Assembly (NCBI RefSeq): GCF_009914755.1
Contig: NC_060936.1
Length of the DNA stretch: 64,000 bases
Source of the DNA: the human T2T-CHM13v2.0 reference genome, Homo sapiens
Reading direction: 5' to 3' (one strand)
Shown here piece after piece: positions 1 to 14,240 of the stretch (position 1 is the first letter of the stretch; the number at the start of each line of letters is the position of its first letter). Under the pieces are notes generated by a model. The model did no database searches. It was not told where the DNA came from and worked only from the letters and a program-made list of their open reading frames with translations. The position numbers and the translations under genes are program-made.

Positions 1-2179
1 TCTTCTTTGCAACTCACGAGAATTTCTTTGTAGGATGGGAAGAACATTTCTGAGAAGACAGTAAGAGGGAGCTGTTGGAGCTTAGCTGAGCTATGTTTTA
101 TATGGAAGCCAAAAATTTTGCTCTCCAAGAAAAATAAGTGAGAAAGAGAAAAGACTGGTCTCAGCACTCTGCAGTGGGAGGATTGTGAGGTGAGATATGG
201 TGACTAGGGATCAAGGAGAGAGACTGGAAAGGAGATGTGTTTAATGGGGATTTTTCTGAGTGAAACTCTATGCTTCATGGTACGTGACACCTCCTGTTAT
301 CCCCACACATTTCCGTAACACTACAAAATCCAGGATGTACTTGGTATGATTACATTTTTTTTCATGATTGCCTGTAAGGGAGATGAGATTTATATCAATG
401 TTAGTGAAGTACTAAAACAGTCATTCCATATGGAGGAGGACCCATATTCATGGGGATTTAATTTGTCATTGTTGTTTTATATTGGTTTAAGATTAGGATA
501 GTTGAGGTAATAAATTTATGGGGTGGGAGAAGAAAACAATAGGGAGTGAGAGACTAAAGGTTCAAAAGTGAGATTAGATGGACTCAAAAATAGGTTTATA
601 GGCCATGAATAAGAGGTGGTTATCTTTTCCTCAGAGGCAGAGGAAAAAAGAGAAGGTTGGGGAAAATGGAAGGGCATTTTTAAAGTGAATTGGTGGTTAA
701 GCCTATGATAATTTTGGGAGAGACACTCAAGATGAGGAATTATGCCTAGATCAACTTCATTATATCAATCTCTCTATCAAGCACGGAGCAGTATCATTTT
801 GAGGGATGAGGAAGCAGCATTAAACCTAAGATTTAAAGAAGGCAAATGTTTTGGACCATCTGACTGAACAATGAATAAAATGATTGCCTAGACCAAGAAA
901 GGGTTTGAATGCTATCAGATTCATTTTATAAATTTTTCCAGGAATATTGCCACTTGCATTAGAAGTAAATAAAGTTGAAGGATATATTTAGGTAGGAAGA
1001 ACTAGCTATGCTTCAAATTATATCAGAAGGGTTGTTCCCCACTTTCTTTGTAAGAGGCGGTTAGGTATGCACCAGTTTTCTTAAAAGAGACAGTCCGCCT
1101 AACTAAATTTATATGTCTCAGGGTATCTAATTAAAGTATCTATATAGATGTGCATACCGTCTATGAAATAGCTCAGTATTTTGCCTCCAAGACTGTAACC
1201 TTGGTGGAATAGTCCAAATATGATTAATTTTCCCATTAACTGGTTTAGAATGTTGCTGATGATGGGCTAAATCAGATATGTTTCATGGCATTTCTCTACC
1301 CTTTGTTCCTTGTGAGAAGGACTTTTTTGATTAAAGTTCCCACTGAGGAGATACACCTGGGAGCCATGGTCTTAACCAAATGATCCTAATTTTCCCTAGA
1401 CCACAGTGGATTGGAATACGGGAGTCTCCTGACAAAAGAGCTAAGCAGTAGTTAGTGACTTATGAACCATTGCCTGGCAAGAAAAGGTGACGTAGGCCAA
1501 TACAATTCTCCCTTTAGGGAATCTAATTTGATAAGTGCTAAGACAAGAAACTGCAAGTGATCACTGAAATGGAAAGGATGTCCTGAAGTCTAATTGTGGC
1601 CATAATGGTGGGTTAGTTATGAGTCCAGGTCCAGTTTCTAAAATGACTTTAAGATGTAAACCTAAAAATGTAATGTTAAAAGTTTGTTTTTGAAGAGCAT
1701 TAACTCTCGGCCTCATGGGTGAAATGATGTCATGCACCTGCTGTACGGAGACACACAATGTCTTCTCAGTTGAACAGTCTGAACATTTAGAAACAACACC
1801 CTCCCTCCTCCTGCAGAATGTGACTGCTCAGAGACGTAGAGACACCAAGACTGAAAATCCTATCTCCCAAGAATCTTTTATCATCTTCTTTCCTAAAACA
1901 TGAAGACTGTATATGCGTATTTCTTCAATGTAGAATTATTTCTGTTTTGAAGCTAGAAGATGTTTTCAAAGAGTATAAAGGAATGCAGTGGAGCCATTAA
2001 ATCCCTCATTGACAGTTTGTATTCTCTGCATAACCTTGAATATCTTATTAGCAATGTCAGTCTGCTTTTTGAAATGCGATCTCACTGCTCAAAGTAACCT
2101 CCAACACACTTGCCAGTTGAAAAAAGAAAGTTCCTATGTGGTTAAATAGAATCCAAATTTGTCAATCCTAGGTTTGTTT

Positions 2180-2447
2180 CTTTTTTTTTTATTATTATAC
2201 TTTAAGTTCTAGGGTACATGTGCACAACGTACAGGTTTGTTACATATGTATACATGTGCCATGTTGGTGTGCTGCACCCATTAACTCGTCATTTACATTA
2301 GGTATATCTCCTAATGCTATCCCTCCCGCCTCCCCCCACCCCACAACAGCCCCCGGTGTGTGATGTCCCCCTTCCTGTGTCCAAGTGTTCTAATTGTTCA
2401 ATTCCCACCTATGAGTGAGAACATGCGACGTTTGGTATTTTGTCCTT
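2180..2447 (-). mobile_element. L1PA (about PA4-PA5) 3' end fragment
   Basis: Poly-T followed by the reverse complement of the L1PA 3'UTR (tatactttaagttctagggtacatgtgcacaacg...). Confidence 0.9.
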
Positions 2448-3454
2448 CCCTCTGTACATTGTTCTTATTTCATTTCATACTAAGAAGATGTTATAAAGCC
2501 AATTAAAATTATATGCAGTTCTCTGATGATATAAAGGAATGCATGGCTCTGAGGGAGAGAAGTGGCTAAAGGTGGTTGCCAGGGGCAACCAGCGAAGGAG
2601 CTGTAAATTAATAGGCTTGTTCCTTTCAGATATGGCATTAATCAGAAGCCAGGAGGGAAATTTAAAATAATTTCTTAGAGCAAAAACCTCTTCCAGTATT
2701 AGGGAGATTCTAAACATGTTTTTATGCTAGGTGAATTTATGGGCCTCCTGGGGGGTCTCCTTGAAGGGATTACTGAGAACCAATTCTGGAGAGAGACCTA
2801 CATCTGGCAGGATCAAAAAAGACAACCACAGAGAAAGAGATGATTCCCTAAAAAGAGAGATGATGACAGACTTCAGGAATCAAACCTAAATTAAGCAAGT
2901 CAGGGAGGAGATGCTTTCTCCTTAAAAGCCCTAAGAACGGTGTGAATCAGTTGACATTATTTCTATTTTGTTTTTTAAAAAGTTTAAAAGTTTCCGCTTA
3001 AATATTGCTGTTTAAGTTCATTTAAACTTCAGCTATTTGCAATATGTATATATGTATTTTGTTTTTAATTGGAAAAGGGTTTGGAAGCTCATACTAATTT
3101 ATTACTTCAATAAAGTTTAGGGATTGCAATTTAGACCAAAATCGAATCTTTGATTCTGCCACTAACTGGTGCTAAAGTTATTCAGATTGAAAGGATATTT
3201 TATCAGGTGGCTCTTTGAAGGAGTGTGTGTGTGTGCTTTGTCCATCTGTTAGCTTTGTTAGTCAAGACTTCTATGAAATGTTTTGCAGTGTCATTAGTAT
3301 AATGACTCGTGATTAATTTTTTAAAAATCTGTTTTTTTTAAAGAAAAAAGCTTTCTCTCCTGAATGGTATGATTACCAATGTGATATGATAAATTTTTGT
3401 TTCTATCCTTGGTTTTGAACACTAGGAATTGTATGCATAATTTAGCGTTCAATA

Positions 3455-3735
3455 ACATAGCCCTATAATGGAGAGATGTAGGTCAAAGGTTATATAAAGT
3501 TGTATATGTATAGGATGAATAAGTCTAAAGCTATGATGTACAGCAGACTATAATTAATAATATTGTATTGTGTTTGTGATAATTGCTAGGAGTAGATTTT
3601 AGGTGCTCTTACCACATACAAAAAAGGGGGGGTAACTATGTGTGATGATAGGTTTTATTTGCTTGACTATAGTAACCATTTCACTGCATATCAAAATATT
3701 ATGTGGTATGCCTTGCATACATAAAATAAAAATAC
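3455..3735 (+). mobile_element. L1MA-type 3' end fragment
   Basis: ggtcaaagg...ataggatgaataagtct...agtagattttaggtgctcttaccaca...gtaaccatttcac, ending in an A-rich tail. Confidence 0.7.
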
Positions 3736-3815
3736 AATAGCCCTTTTAGTTTAATTTTAGTAATACAATCTGATAAAATAAAGATAAAATTAATATGTAA
3801 GAATAATAGTAAACT

Positions 3816-4163
<348 letters not shown>

Positions 4164-4625
4164 TCATACCTTACTGCCTAGTACATTACATATCCTTAGT
4201 ACCTAGTACAGTTTCTGGGACATATTTAGAGCTCATTACATATTTCTTAAAAACAATCAGTAGTTCATAGGGAATTGTGAGTATGATTATAGGATTATAT
4301 TTTTTATTTGGCAAAATCAAAACTCCACCAAATCACAAATTTTATTTGGTAAAAATCCATGTAAAGCAGTTGTGTTGAGGGCTTTCTAAAAAGTGCTGAA
4401 CTTAAATTGTTCTGATAGACAAGAAAGGGAGAATGAGTTCATATGGTGAGCAGCAGAGATGAGATGAAGAATCCCACTCGTGTACAGATAAAAATACCTA
4501 GCTAACATTCAGCAAAGTGGGGTAGAGGGCTACATTAAAGTTACCCTTATAATGTGGTTCCTCTCTCTACGTTAATGATGCATAAGGAGAATATCATTTG
4601 CAGATGAAGTAAATAGGTTTGATGG

Positions 4626-4983
4626 TGTTAAGAGAAAAACCTTAGTTTAAATTTAGCAGAGTTTAATTGAGCAAAGAATGATTTGTGAATCAGGCAGACT
4701 CCTGAACCAGAGTAGTCTCAGAGACTAGTGCAGCAGTGGTGCAAGAAAATTTATGGACAGAAAAAGGAAAGTGGCATACAGAAGATAGAAATGAGGTACA
4801 GAAACAGTGCCTTATTTGATACAATTTGAACAGTTGGGCCCTTGATTACTTGGTGATTGGCACCAGAGTAGGTTACAGTCTGTTTACACATCCAGTCAGT
4901 TACAGTTTAATGTGTACAGAGAAACCTTTGGGCTGAACTTAAAATAGGTAAGGAGGCAACTTTAGGCCAAACTTAATTTAACA
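4626..4983 (-). mobile_element. MER57-family ERV1 solo LTR
   Basis: TG...CA ends; the reverse complement begins TGTTAAATTAAGTTTGGCCTAAAGTTGCCTCCTTAC, the MER57 5' signature. Confidence 0.8.
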
Positions 4984-5185
4984 AGGGATAACTATAGGTG
5001 AGATGATGGGAGTGGCTTTGGCTGTAGAAGCAAAAGACAGTATACTAAGCATTCTCTGAAACTGTTTGTAGAGTTGTTGAATTTCCTGTTGACTTTGTGA
5101 GCCATAGTAAACAAGCTAAATGTTTTGGGTTACCTGTGTCACCTGTTGAATTCTGAAGCTATTGCTTGATTGGAGGAACCCCTTC

Positions 5186-7612
5186 CTTGGGAGATATGCA
5201 GATTCAGTTCTAGACTGCCAAAATAAAGCAAATATTTCAATAAAGCGAGTCACATGAATTTCTTGGTTTCCCAATGCGTATAAAAGCTATATGTACACTA
5301 TACTGTAGTCTAGTTAGTGTGCAGTAGTCTAGTAAGTGTGCAGTAGGATTATGTCTAAAAGATGTGCATAACTCAGTTAAAAAAACTTAATTGCTAAAAA
5401 ATGCTAATGATCATTTGAGCTGTCAGCGAATTGTAATCTTTGCTGGTGGAGAGTCTTGCCTTGATGATAATGGCTGCTGACTGATCATGAAGGTGGTTTC
5501 TGAAGGTTGAGGGAGCTATGGCAATTTCTTGAAATAAAAATGAAGTTTGCTGCATCAATTGACGCTTCTTTTCATGAAAGACTTCTCTGTAGCATGTGAT
5601 GCTGTTTGGTAGTCTTATACCCACAGTAGAACTTCTTTCAAAACTGGAGTCAGTTCTCTCAAATTCTGCTGCTTCTTTGTCAACTAAATTTACGTAAAAT
5701 TCTAAATCCTTTGTTGTAATTTTAATAATGTTCTCAGCATCTTCACCAGGAGTAGGTTCCATCTCAAGAAAATACTTTCTTTGCTCATTTATAAGAAGCA
5801 ACTCATCATCTGTTAGTTTTATCATGAGACCTGCAGCAATTTAGTCACCTCTTCAGGCTCTACTTCTAATTCTAGTTCTCTTGCTGTTTCTATAACATCT
5901 GCAGTTGCTTTTTTAACTGAAATCTTGAGCCCCTCAAAGCCATCCACAAGGGTTGGAGTCAACTTCTTCCAAACTCCTGTTAATGTTGATATTTTTACCT
6001 CCTCCCATGAATCACAAATGTTCTTAATGTCATCTAGAATGGTGAATCCTTTCCAGACTATTTTCAATTTACTTTGCCCAGATACATCAGAGGAATCACT
6101 ATCTATGGCTGCTATAGCCTTATGAAATGTCTGTCGTAAATAATAAGACTTGACAGTTGAAGTTACTCCTTGATCCATGGGTTGCAGAATGGATGCTATG
6201 TTGATAGGCATGAAAATCTCCTTGTACATCTCCCTCAGAGCTCTTGGGTGACCAAGATTGTCATTGTCAATGACATTTCATAATATTATGGCGGTAATAT
6301 TTTGAAAGGAATATTTTTTTCTGAACAGTATGTCTCAACGGTGGGCTTAAAATATTCAGCAAACCATGCTGTAAACAAATGTGCTGTCATCCAGGCTTTG
6401 TTGTTTCATTTATAGAGCACAGGCAGAGTTAGGTATAGCATAATTCTTAAGGGCTCAAGGATTTTTGAAATGGTAAATGAGCATTGGTTTCAACCCAAAG
6501 TCACCAACTACCTTAGCCCCTAACAAGAGAGTCAACCTGTCCTTTGAAGCCAGGCATTTATTTCTCTTCTTGAGCTATGAAAGTCTTAGACGGCATCTTC
6601 TTCCAATAGAAGGCCATTTTATTTCCATTGAAAATCTGTTGTTTACTGTAGCCATTTTCATCAGTGATCTGAGCTGGATCTTCTGGATAGCTTACTGCAG
6701 CTTCTCCATTAGCACTTGCTTCTTCACCTGGCACTTTTATGTTGTAGAGGTGACTTCTTTCCTTAAACTGCATGATCCAACCTCTGCTAACTTCAGACAT
6801 TTCTTCTGCAGCTTCGTCACTTTTTTCAGCCTTCACAGAATTGAAGAGAGTTAGGGCCTTGCTCTCAATTAGGCTTTGATTTAGGGGAGTGTTGTGCCTG
6901 GTTTGATGTTCTATCCAGACCACTAAAACTTTCTCCAAATCAGCAAGAGGCTATTTTGCTATCTTATCATTAGTGTGTTCACTGTAGTAACACTTTTAAT
7001 TTCCTTCAAGAACATTTTCTTTGCATTCACAACTTGGCTAACTGGTGCTAAGGGCCTAGCTTTTGGCCTATCCTGGCTTTTGACATGCCTTCCTCACTAA
7101 GCTTAATCATTTCTAGCTTTTGATTTAAAGTAAGAGATGTGAAACTCTTCCCTTCACTTGAACATTTGGAGGCCATTGTATTAGTTATTAGTATTATAGT
7201 ATTATTAGTTGGCCTAATTTCACTATTGTTGTGTCTCAGGGAATTGGAAGACCTGAGGAGAGAGAGAAAAGGGGAACAGCTGGTTGGTAGGGCAGTCAGA
7301 AGACACAACATTCATCAATTAAGTTCACTTTCTTAAATAGGTGTGGTTTGTGGTGCTCCAAAATAATTGCAAGAGTAATATCAAAGATCACTGATCACAG
7401 ATTACTATAACAGATATAATAATAATGATAAAGTTTAAAATATTGTGACAGTTACCAAAATGTGATACAGAGACACAAAGTGAGCCCATGCTGTTGGGAA
7501 AACAGTGCTGACAGATTGCTTGATTCAGGGTTGCCACAAACCTTCAATTTGTGAAAAACACAGTATCTGTGTAGCACAATGAAGTAAAGCACAATAAAAT
7601 GAGACATGCCTG
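5186..7612 (-). mobile_element. Tigger1 DNA transposon (TcMar/pogo), near full length, decayed transposase (strand = transposase)
   Basis: Minus-strand ORF pieces 7048-7311, 6558-6938, 5822-6229 and 5394-5825 match Tigger1/TIGD1-type transposase (MASKCSS..LTLNQKLEMIKLSEEGMSKA; SRGW..FKER; LQPMDQGV). Right TIR ...gagacatgcctg is followed by TA; the outer end of the left TIR is lost. Confidence 0.93.
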
Positions 7613-8029
7613 TATTTACTTAGTATAGGTACTTCTGTAAATTGCCATCTCTAGCAATGATGGCAGCCAGTTGTCATAGTTAATTATTTTTTCCTGGGTC
7701 TTACCAAGGAGTTTGAGCCCACTCAAAGAGCTTAGAGTAAATACAAAGGAGAATCACCATTAAAATCTTTATTCTTTATGGTTTTTAGTTATGTTTATTT
7801 AGGTGATGACTGACTATGCATATTGCTTGTTTTGCAAGGTACTTCAAATCTCTCTTCGTAGTTGCCCTGACATAAATAATAAAATGTTTTTTAAAATGTT
7901 ACATTTTTATGGTTCTGAAAAAAATAAACCCTCAAGTCTTAAATCAACTTTTTATGTAAAACCTACACTTTGCAGGATATATATGGGATTTATATTAATT
8001 AAAAAGGTTATAGACTAGTAAAACAGTGC

Positions 8030-8430
8030 TGAGGGCTGGGGAGGTAGTCTGATAGAGGGTGAAATAAAGACCTCACTGAGAGGTGACATTTCAGCAAAGT
8101 CCTGGCAGTAGAGAGGGAGAGGGTGGTAAATATTTAAGGGAGGAGTGTTCCAAATTGAAGAATCAGTAAAAATGAAAAGACTCAAGGCAGGAGTGTGCCT
8201 GGTGTGTTGATTCAAGACCAAGAAGCTTATTTTGGCTGGAATGGACCACGTCTGGGAAGATAGCAGGAGATGAGGTCAGAAAGTTCATAAGGGGGCCTGA
8301 CTGAGTAGGGCTTTAGGGTCTTGGAAAGGCTGACAGTACCCTGTGTGAGGTGGGAAACCACTGTAATGTTTTAAAGCAGAGGAGGAACATGATCTGATTT
8401 AGGCTTTAAAATGATTATTCTGGCTTCTAT
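8030..8430 (-). mobile_element. L2 fragment
   Basis: Purine-rich L2 antisense hallmarks (gaggtgacattt, ggcaggagtgtgcctggtgtgtt, gagatgaggtcaga, acatgatctgattt). Confidence 0.65.
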
Positions 8431-8436
8431 CCCTAT

Positions 8437-9218
8437 TTCAGGAATATATTTGTCTGTAAGCAACAAAATATCTGACTAATAGTAATTTAAACAAACAGAG
8501 AATTGCTTTTCTTATTGTTTTCTTTGATGCAGGTTTCTGAAATTGATTCAGCCTTTCCATGATGAAATCAGGGATTCAGGCTCTTTTGTTGTTGTTGTTG
8601 TTGTTTTCTGTTTGAGACAGGGGACAGAGTTTGACTCTGTTGCTCAGGCTGGCGTGCAGTGGCACGGGCTTGGCTCACTGCAACCTCTGCCTCCCAGGCT
8701 CAAGTGATCCTCCCACCTTACCTTCCTGAGTAGCTGGGACTACAGGCACATGCCACCATGCTTGGCTAATTATTTGTATTTTTTGTAGAGATAGGGTCTT
8801 GCCATGTTGTTCAGGCTGGTTTTAAACTCCTGGACTCAAGTGATCCACCTACCTTGGCCTCCCAAAACGCTGGGATTACAGGCGTGAGCCACCGCACCTG
8901 GTCCCCAGACTCCTTTTATCTTTTTTCTCCACCATCCTCCACATGTTGGCTGTCCACATTGTACTTTTTGTTTCATGGTTATAGGATGGCTGCTGCAGCT
9001 CCAGACATCACATCCTTGTTGAAGGCAGAAAGGAGGGAAAGACAGCACTTAGCCACATCTACTTGGAAAGCTTTACCTCTGTGTTACAGGCTATCTGGAT
9101 CTGTAAGGAAAGATGAAACAGTTAAAATATTTTCATTCTTAGCTCCTATAGAAATGGCAGTTAAGAAATGAAGAAGTTGGGGGTGGATATTGGGTCAGTC
9201 AACCTGCAGTGTCTGACA
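8437..9218 (-). mobile_element. MLT1J-like MaLR solo LTR interrupted by an Alu
   Basis: atggctgctgcagctccagacatcacatcc motif and terminal ggatattggg...tgtctgaca. Confidence 0.65.
8585..8903 (-). mobile_element. AluJ
   Basis: Antisense Alu with J-type features (ggctcaagtgatcctcccacc, ttttgtagagatagggtcttgc) and a (TTG)n tail. Confidence 0.92.
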
Positions 9219-10519
9219 GTCATGATTCATGATACCTGTTGTGGTTTATCATTTTACCAGGCTCTTCATGTACATTTTCTCATTAGGGTCCTGCAGTGAT
9301 CCTCTGGGGGAGAGCAAGGAAGAGATGGCAAGCTTCATTTTAGAGATGAGAAAGCCAAGGCCCAGAGGGAAAGTGACTGCCTCACAGGTCTTTTGATGAC
9401 AGGGCAGAGACTAACACAGATGTCACTAACTCTCATTTATTATATCCTGGGACCTAACTTTAGCATTATATGAATACCTTGTATGAGGCATTACCAATTG
9501 CATTCAGCCTCCTCCAGTAAATGAGAGAAGCCACCTGGTCTCTGCAAGGGTTTAGAGACTATGATTACTTTGTGGCTTTTCTCTAGTTGTCCCAGAGCTG
9601 AGCTTCCGCAGGCAATGAAGAAAGCCAAGGAGTAAGGAAAATCCTTACTCTCTGGAGGGAAGAGGCAGATTCATCCTTCTGGCCTGTGACACAGTGGAAA
9701 AGTTCCTGAGAATTCAGGGGTAGAGTATATTTCTTATAGAAAAACATTTTAAATGCACCAGAAGAGCTCTGTCTGTAAAGAAAGTATATTTCATTAGTTT
9801 TATAAATTGCATAATTATTTTATCAAGATAACAATGGCCCTTTGTTTTTTAACTAACCCTGTAGTTTCTTCATAAGATTTGCTTAAAGCTGGGTTTCCAA
9901 ATAGCTCTGGGAGCAGAACAGCCGCGCTCGTGCCAGACAGGTGTTTTTCCTCCTGCCTGAGTGGATGCAGCTGGGAGACACTGCTCTTCAGATCCATCTT
10001 ATGTCCAGGTGTGCGTTCACCCTTCCCTTGCACATGACTGATGCTGTTTTATCCAACAGACCTTGGGATTGAAATAATGAATGACCTAAGGCTCCAAAAT
10101 GGCTATGAAAGAATGTAGAAAGCCCCTAGGTTTAGGCATAAATAATAAAATTAAAGGGAATGGGAATTTTAACCTATGAAGCTGCAAATGTAAACTACAT
10201 TTAATCTTTATAACAACGTGTGAAAGATGTGACTATTTTATTACAATGTCTATTTTACAGATAAAGAAACTGAAATTTAGAGCTATAATTAAACTACTTA
10301 CAATCAGTATTCAACCAAAAACAGATTTGGATCTAGTTGTGTTCTGCTTATGTAGCTGCTAACAGCTTTCTGTAGTGTCCTGGGCACCCTAGCAAAACTC
10401 GAGGGAAAAATGAGGAGCGGTGATGAAATTCTGGGGCATCTTAGGACCTTAATTTCACAGATAGGTAATATCACATGTATCCTATAAATGGCATGTGTTG
10501 TGGCCTGGTTCAAGTCTGG

Positions 10520-10710
10520 TGATTGGTTCTCAAATTCCTGTGTGCTTAAAATTCATCTAAGGAGTGTTATGAAATGCAGGTTTCTAGGCTCCGATCCGGA
10601 GGTTCTGGTTAAGCAGGGGTGGTGACAAGCCTGGGAATCTGTAGTTTAGTAAGCATCCAGGCTTCTTTGATGTAGATTTTCTGCAAATGACATTTCAAGA
10701 AATATTGCTT
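10520..10710. mobile_element. MER5-type hAT-Charlie MITE
   Basis: ggttctcaaa...aaatgcaggtttctaggc...gcctgggaatctgtagttt...agaaatattg. Confidence 0.65.
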
Positions 10711-11522
10711 TAAATTGAAATTTAATAGCCAGAATGGCACTAGGCATTCAGGAGGCTTCCAGCTTCACATCCAGGAGTTGGTAGATTGATGCACTTCTCA
10801 CTAATAAAGATAAACAAGTTATCTCCAATGGAGACTTTTTCCCATTTATTCCAGTTTGGCATTGAGAACTTTGAGGAGATATTGAAAAACCACAGTAGCT
10901 CTTTTCTTGGTAATAATAGAGAAACAACAAAAAAAAAAATTAAGAGGCAACATACAGCATGCTTTATTTACTCTTTCCCTTTACTTTGGATCTGGAATTT
11001 TTTTATTTGTTTTACCTAGCCAGACACACCAGAAGAGATTCTCAGAGGATGCTAAAAATATTGCTCTTGTCACTACAGGCTTCACATTCCCGTTCCTCTC
11101 TCTCTGCCTGAATCCTCAGTAGAAAAGATGGCTTTTGTCTTTTGTCTCTTTCTGACAAGAATTAGGTCCCTGGGTTCTGAGTTACTTTTGTGATAAGTTC
11201 TTGCCTGTCTGGCCAGACACACTAAGTCCACACTGAGGTCAAGCGTTTAGGTCTCAGGAAGTCATAGGACCCTATATGGGGCTCAGGTTAGGCAGGGCTT
11301 TTGTTTCAAATAGGGAGCTCAGTCTGGTAATGAAAAGAAGAAAATAAAACAAACAACAAACCTCCTGAATACAGCTTGAATATAACAAATAACCTGAATA
11401 TAAGTTTGTTTCTCCATTCCACAAATGTTTATTGAGTGGCTGCTGTTTGTTAGATATGTGTCAAGGACCAATCAGGTAAATAATTTATGATTAAAAGAAG
11501 CGATTTAGAAAACCACATTGTC

Positions 11523-11829
<307 letters not shown>

Positions 11830-12920
11830 ACCCACATTGTCTTTTGTTTTCTGTTGAAAACCTTTAGCATTTGCTTCCCTATTCTATATTACAAGCTTTT
11901 AAAACATTAATAAGTAGATCATTTTTGAACACTTATTGTGCCTAATGCCCAGATAACTCTATTTTCAGGCCATGTAAAGAAGAATATCAGAGCAAGGATT
12001 TAAGAGGCAACCAACTGTGGGTCACACTTTGCTTCTGCTTTCCTTCCTATTGGCTGGGTGAACTCGGGCAAGTTACTTTGCCCCCACCCCCAATACCCCA
12101 TCAAGCATTTTTTTTTTAAACGGTAATACCTTCAAGTATGTTTCTAAAGATTAAGTAACTAAAGAATGTAAAGCATTTGGCATACATTTAGTGTTTAATG
12201 AATTTCAATTCATACTATTATTGAGGTTTTCCAACTGCTCTCAAGGAGACTTTAGTACAGCTGGGAACACAGATATGTCCTTATTTAAAAGTGTATTGAA
12301 AGTCAACGTGGCAAGTTTCAGATCAGTCGAAGCTGGAGACTGGAGGTCGTTGGAGTGCTGTTGGAGGAAGTACTGTTGGAGGTTGGAGCAAGGAGAGTAG
12401 TTGTTGGAAGGAACTTCTTAGAAGAGCCAGTCTCGAAGATATGGTGTAGACAAAGCCTGAAGCTGCACTCTTACTACATTTGCAAGTTGATGTCCAGTGT
12501 TCGGTATTCTATTTGTGGCTACACAAATTGAGAAATGTGAAAAATGTAAGTGGCAGAAAAAAAGGACAGAAAATTATTTCTGTAAGGATAAGTTAAAGTT
12601 ATTGTGATTATTTTAATCTGGGAATGTGGTTCTTAATGATTTTAGTACATGAGCCATTTTGGAAAGGAAAAAGAAAAAGATACAAGACAACAAAACTAGT
12701 GATAGTGATTGTGTTCTTTATTTTTGTTGGCCTCACATGCCTAACAGAGGGGTTAACACAAGAAGTTTTTAATCAACCTTTGTTAATGAATCAATGTACC
12801 TTCCCTGTTTTCTGTTTGATTTTACAAAGCCACAAATAAAAGTAACTTTTGAAAAAAAACCAACTTACCTGGAATGGAGAAACTGGTAGCCTTTGAAGTT
12901 ATACCAGTTGCATTATAGTC

Positions 12921-13053
12921 AAGGTAATCATACAATTTTTCATCCAAAACGGGACACTTCTGAGAATCAAAGGGGACTTTTATTAATAATTAGACTAAGA
13001 CATTAAGTATCAACTTGAATTGTCCTGGGTACATGGGAACATTTGGGCATCCT
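12921..13053. mobile_element. MER94 (hAT-Blackjack) MITE
   Basis: aggtaatcatacaatttttcatccaaaacgggacactt...tattaataatt...tgtcctggg...catcct follows the recalled MER94 consensus. Confidence 0.75.
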
Positions 13054-14064
13054 GATTATAGTTTTTATTTATTAAATCCCTTCTCATTAGTCTTTTATTA
13101 GTTAATACCAGAAACAAATTAATAGCGCCTATGGAAATTAAATTTACGAAGTCTCAGTCTTGCAAATGCTATAAGAAAAGTTAAGGGATTAAAATAAAAT
13201 GAATAAATAAAAGTTAATATTTATTGAATGCTTATTTGCTAAGCAATTATATCTCTCAATTATAGATATAAAGCTCAGAGAGATACATAACTTCCGTAAG
13301 GTTCTGTTGCTAGTAAGTAATAGAGATGAATGAGGCTTTAATTCTAGATTTGTCTGACTTGGGACTTTATCATGATACAAATGTATATATATCATATACA
13401 TTTGGCAGTTCTGGTCTAAAGCAAAAAGATGTTTAATAGCTGTGTTTAAGTAAAAACTGCAATTCTTACAAAAAATTATTGATGCCTCAGAAACAGAGAA
13501 TTTCAGAGGAGGAGGCAAATTCAACCTTTTCATGAGAGGTGAGATCTTGTTTCCTAGAATCCTTAAGAACATGCTAGCATCTCTTGCTTCGTGGTAATTT
13601 AGACAAAATTGAGAAAGGATGTAAACCCCACTCTTTATACACTAATGCATTAGTGTAACCCAATGTACATGAATGCATTATTGTTTCTTGTCATTTTCTC
13701 CTTCATGTTTGAGGCTTATTCAGTTTTCTCAGAAGTTGAGTTTTTTCAACATATGAAGAAGCCCTGTGCTTTCTCCATAGTGGTAAGTGCTGATTTTTTT
13801 AGACTGGCTTAGTCATAACTTTGTCTACATGTAAGAGACTAGACCAGGGTTATTTTGTGATTCCCACCTTAAACCTGAGCTATGCTCTCCTCTTAGGTTT
13901 TGGCCAAGACTGGGTACATCTGAAGGATGGTGGGGATGTTGTATTAGGAACAGAGCACATGGTGGCTTCAAATCTAGGAGCTGGAATCAGCTCTCTGTGT
14001 TCAAATCCTGATTCAGGCATGCAGTAGCTGTGTGGCCTTGGGTAAGTTACTTCATTTCTTTGTG

Positions 14065-14240
14065 CAGAGTTGGCTTCATGAGCATGTGATCTGCATAGTT
14101 GCACAGCACCCTGGTCAGGAGGGCCCTGCACTTGGTTTAATGTTCTGTAGTTGCTATCTTGAAATGTGTAATATTTTTTGAACAAGGAGATCCATATTTT
14201 CCTTTTTCACTTGGTCTCAAAAATTAAGTAGCTGATTCTG
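14065..14240. mobile_element. MER91A (hAT-Tip100) inserted into a MIR (MIR parts about 13965-14064 and 14241-14300)
   Basis: cagagttggcttcatg...agggccctgcacttggtttaatg...tttttgaacaagg...gtagctgattctg; the MIR core (ttcaaatcctg...gtggccttgggtaagttactt / tgtaaaacagggatagtaata) is split around it. Confidence 0.78.

Noticed and set aside
5394-7311. TIGD1-like protein-coding gene
   Set aside because: Fragmented by multiple stops and frameshifts, and the first catalytic Asp motif reads NGNKM instead of NVDET. It is a decayed Tigger1, not a domesticated gene.
13733-13782. 50-nt candidate exon (ttttctcag ... GTG|gtaagt)
   Set aside because: Splice-like motifs only; such pairs are frequent pseudo-exons in 64 kb.
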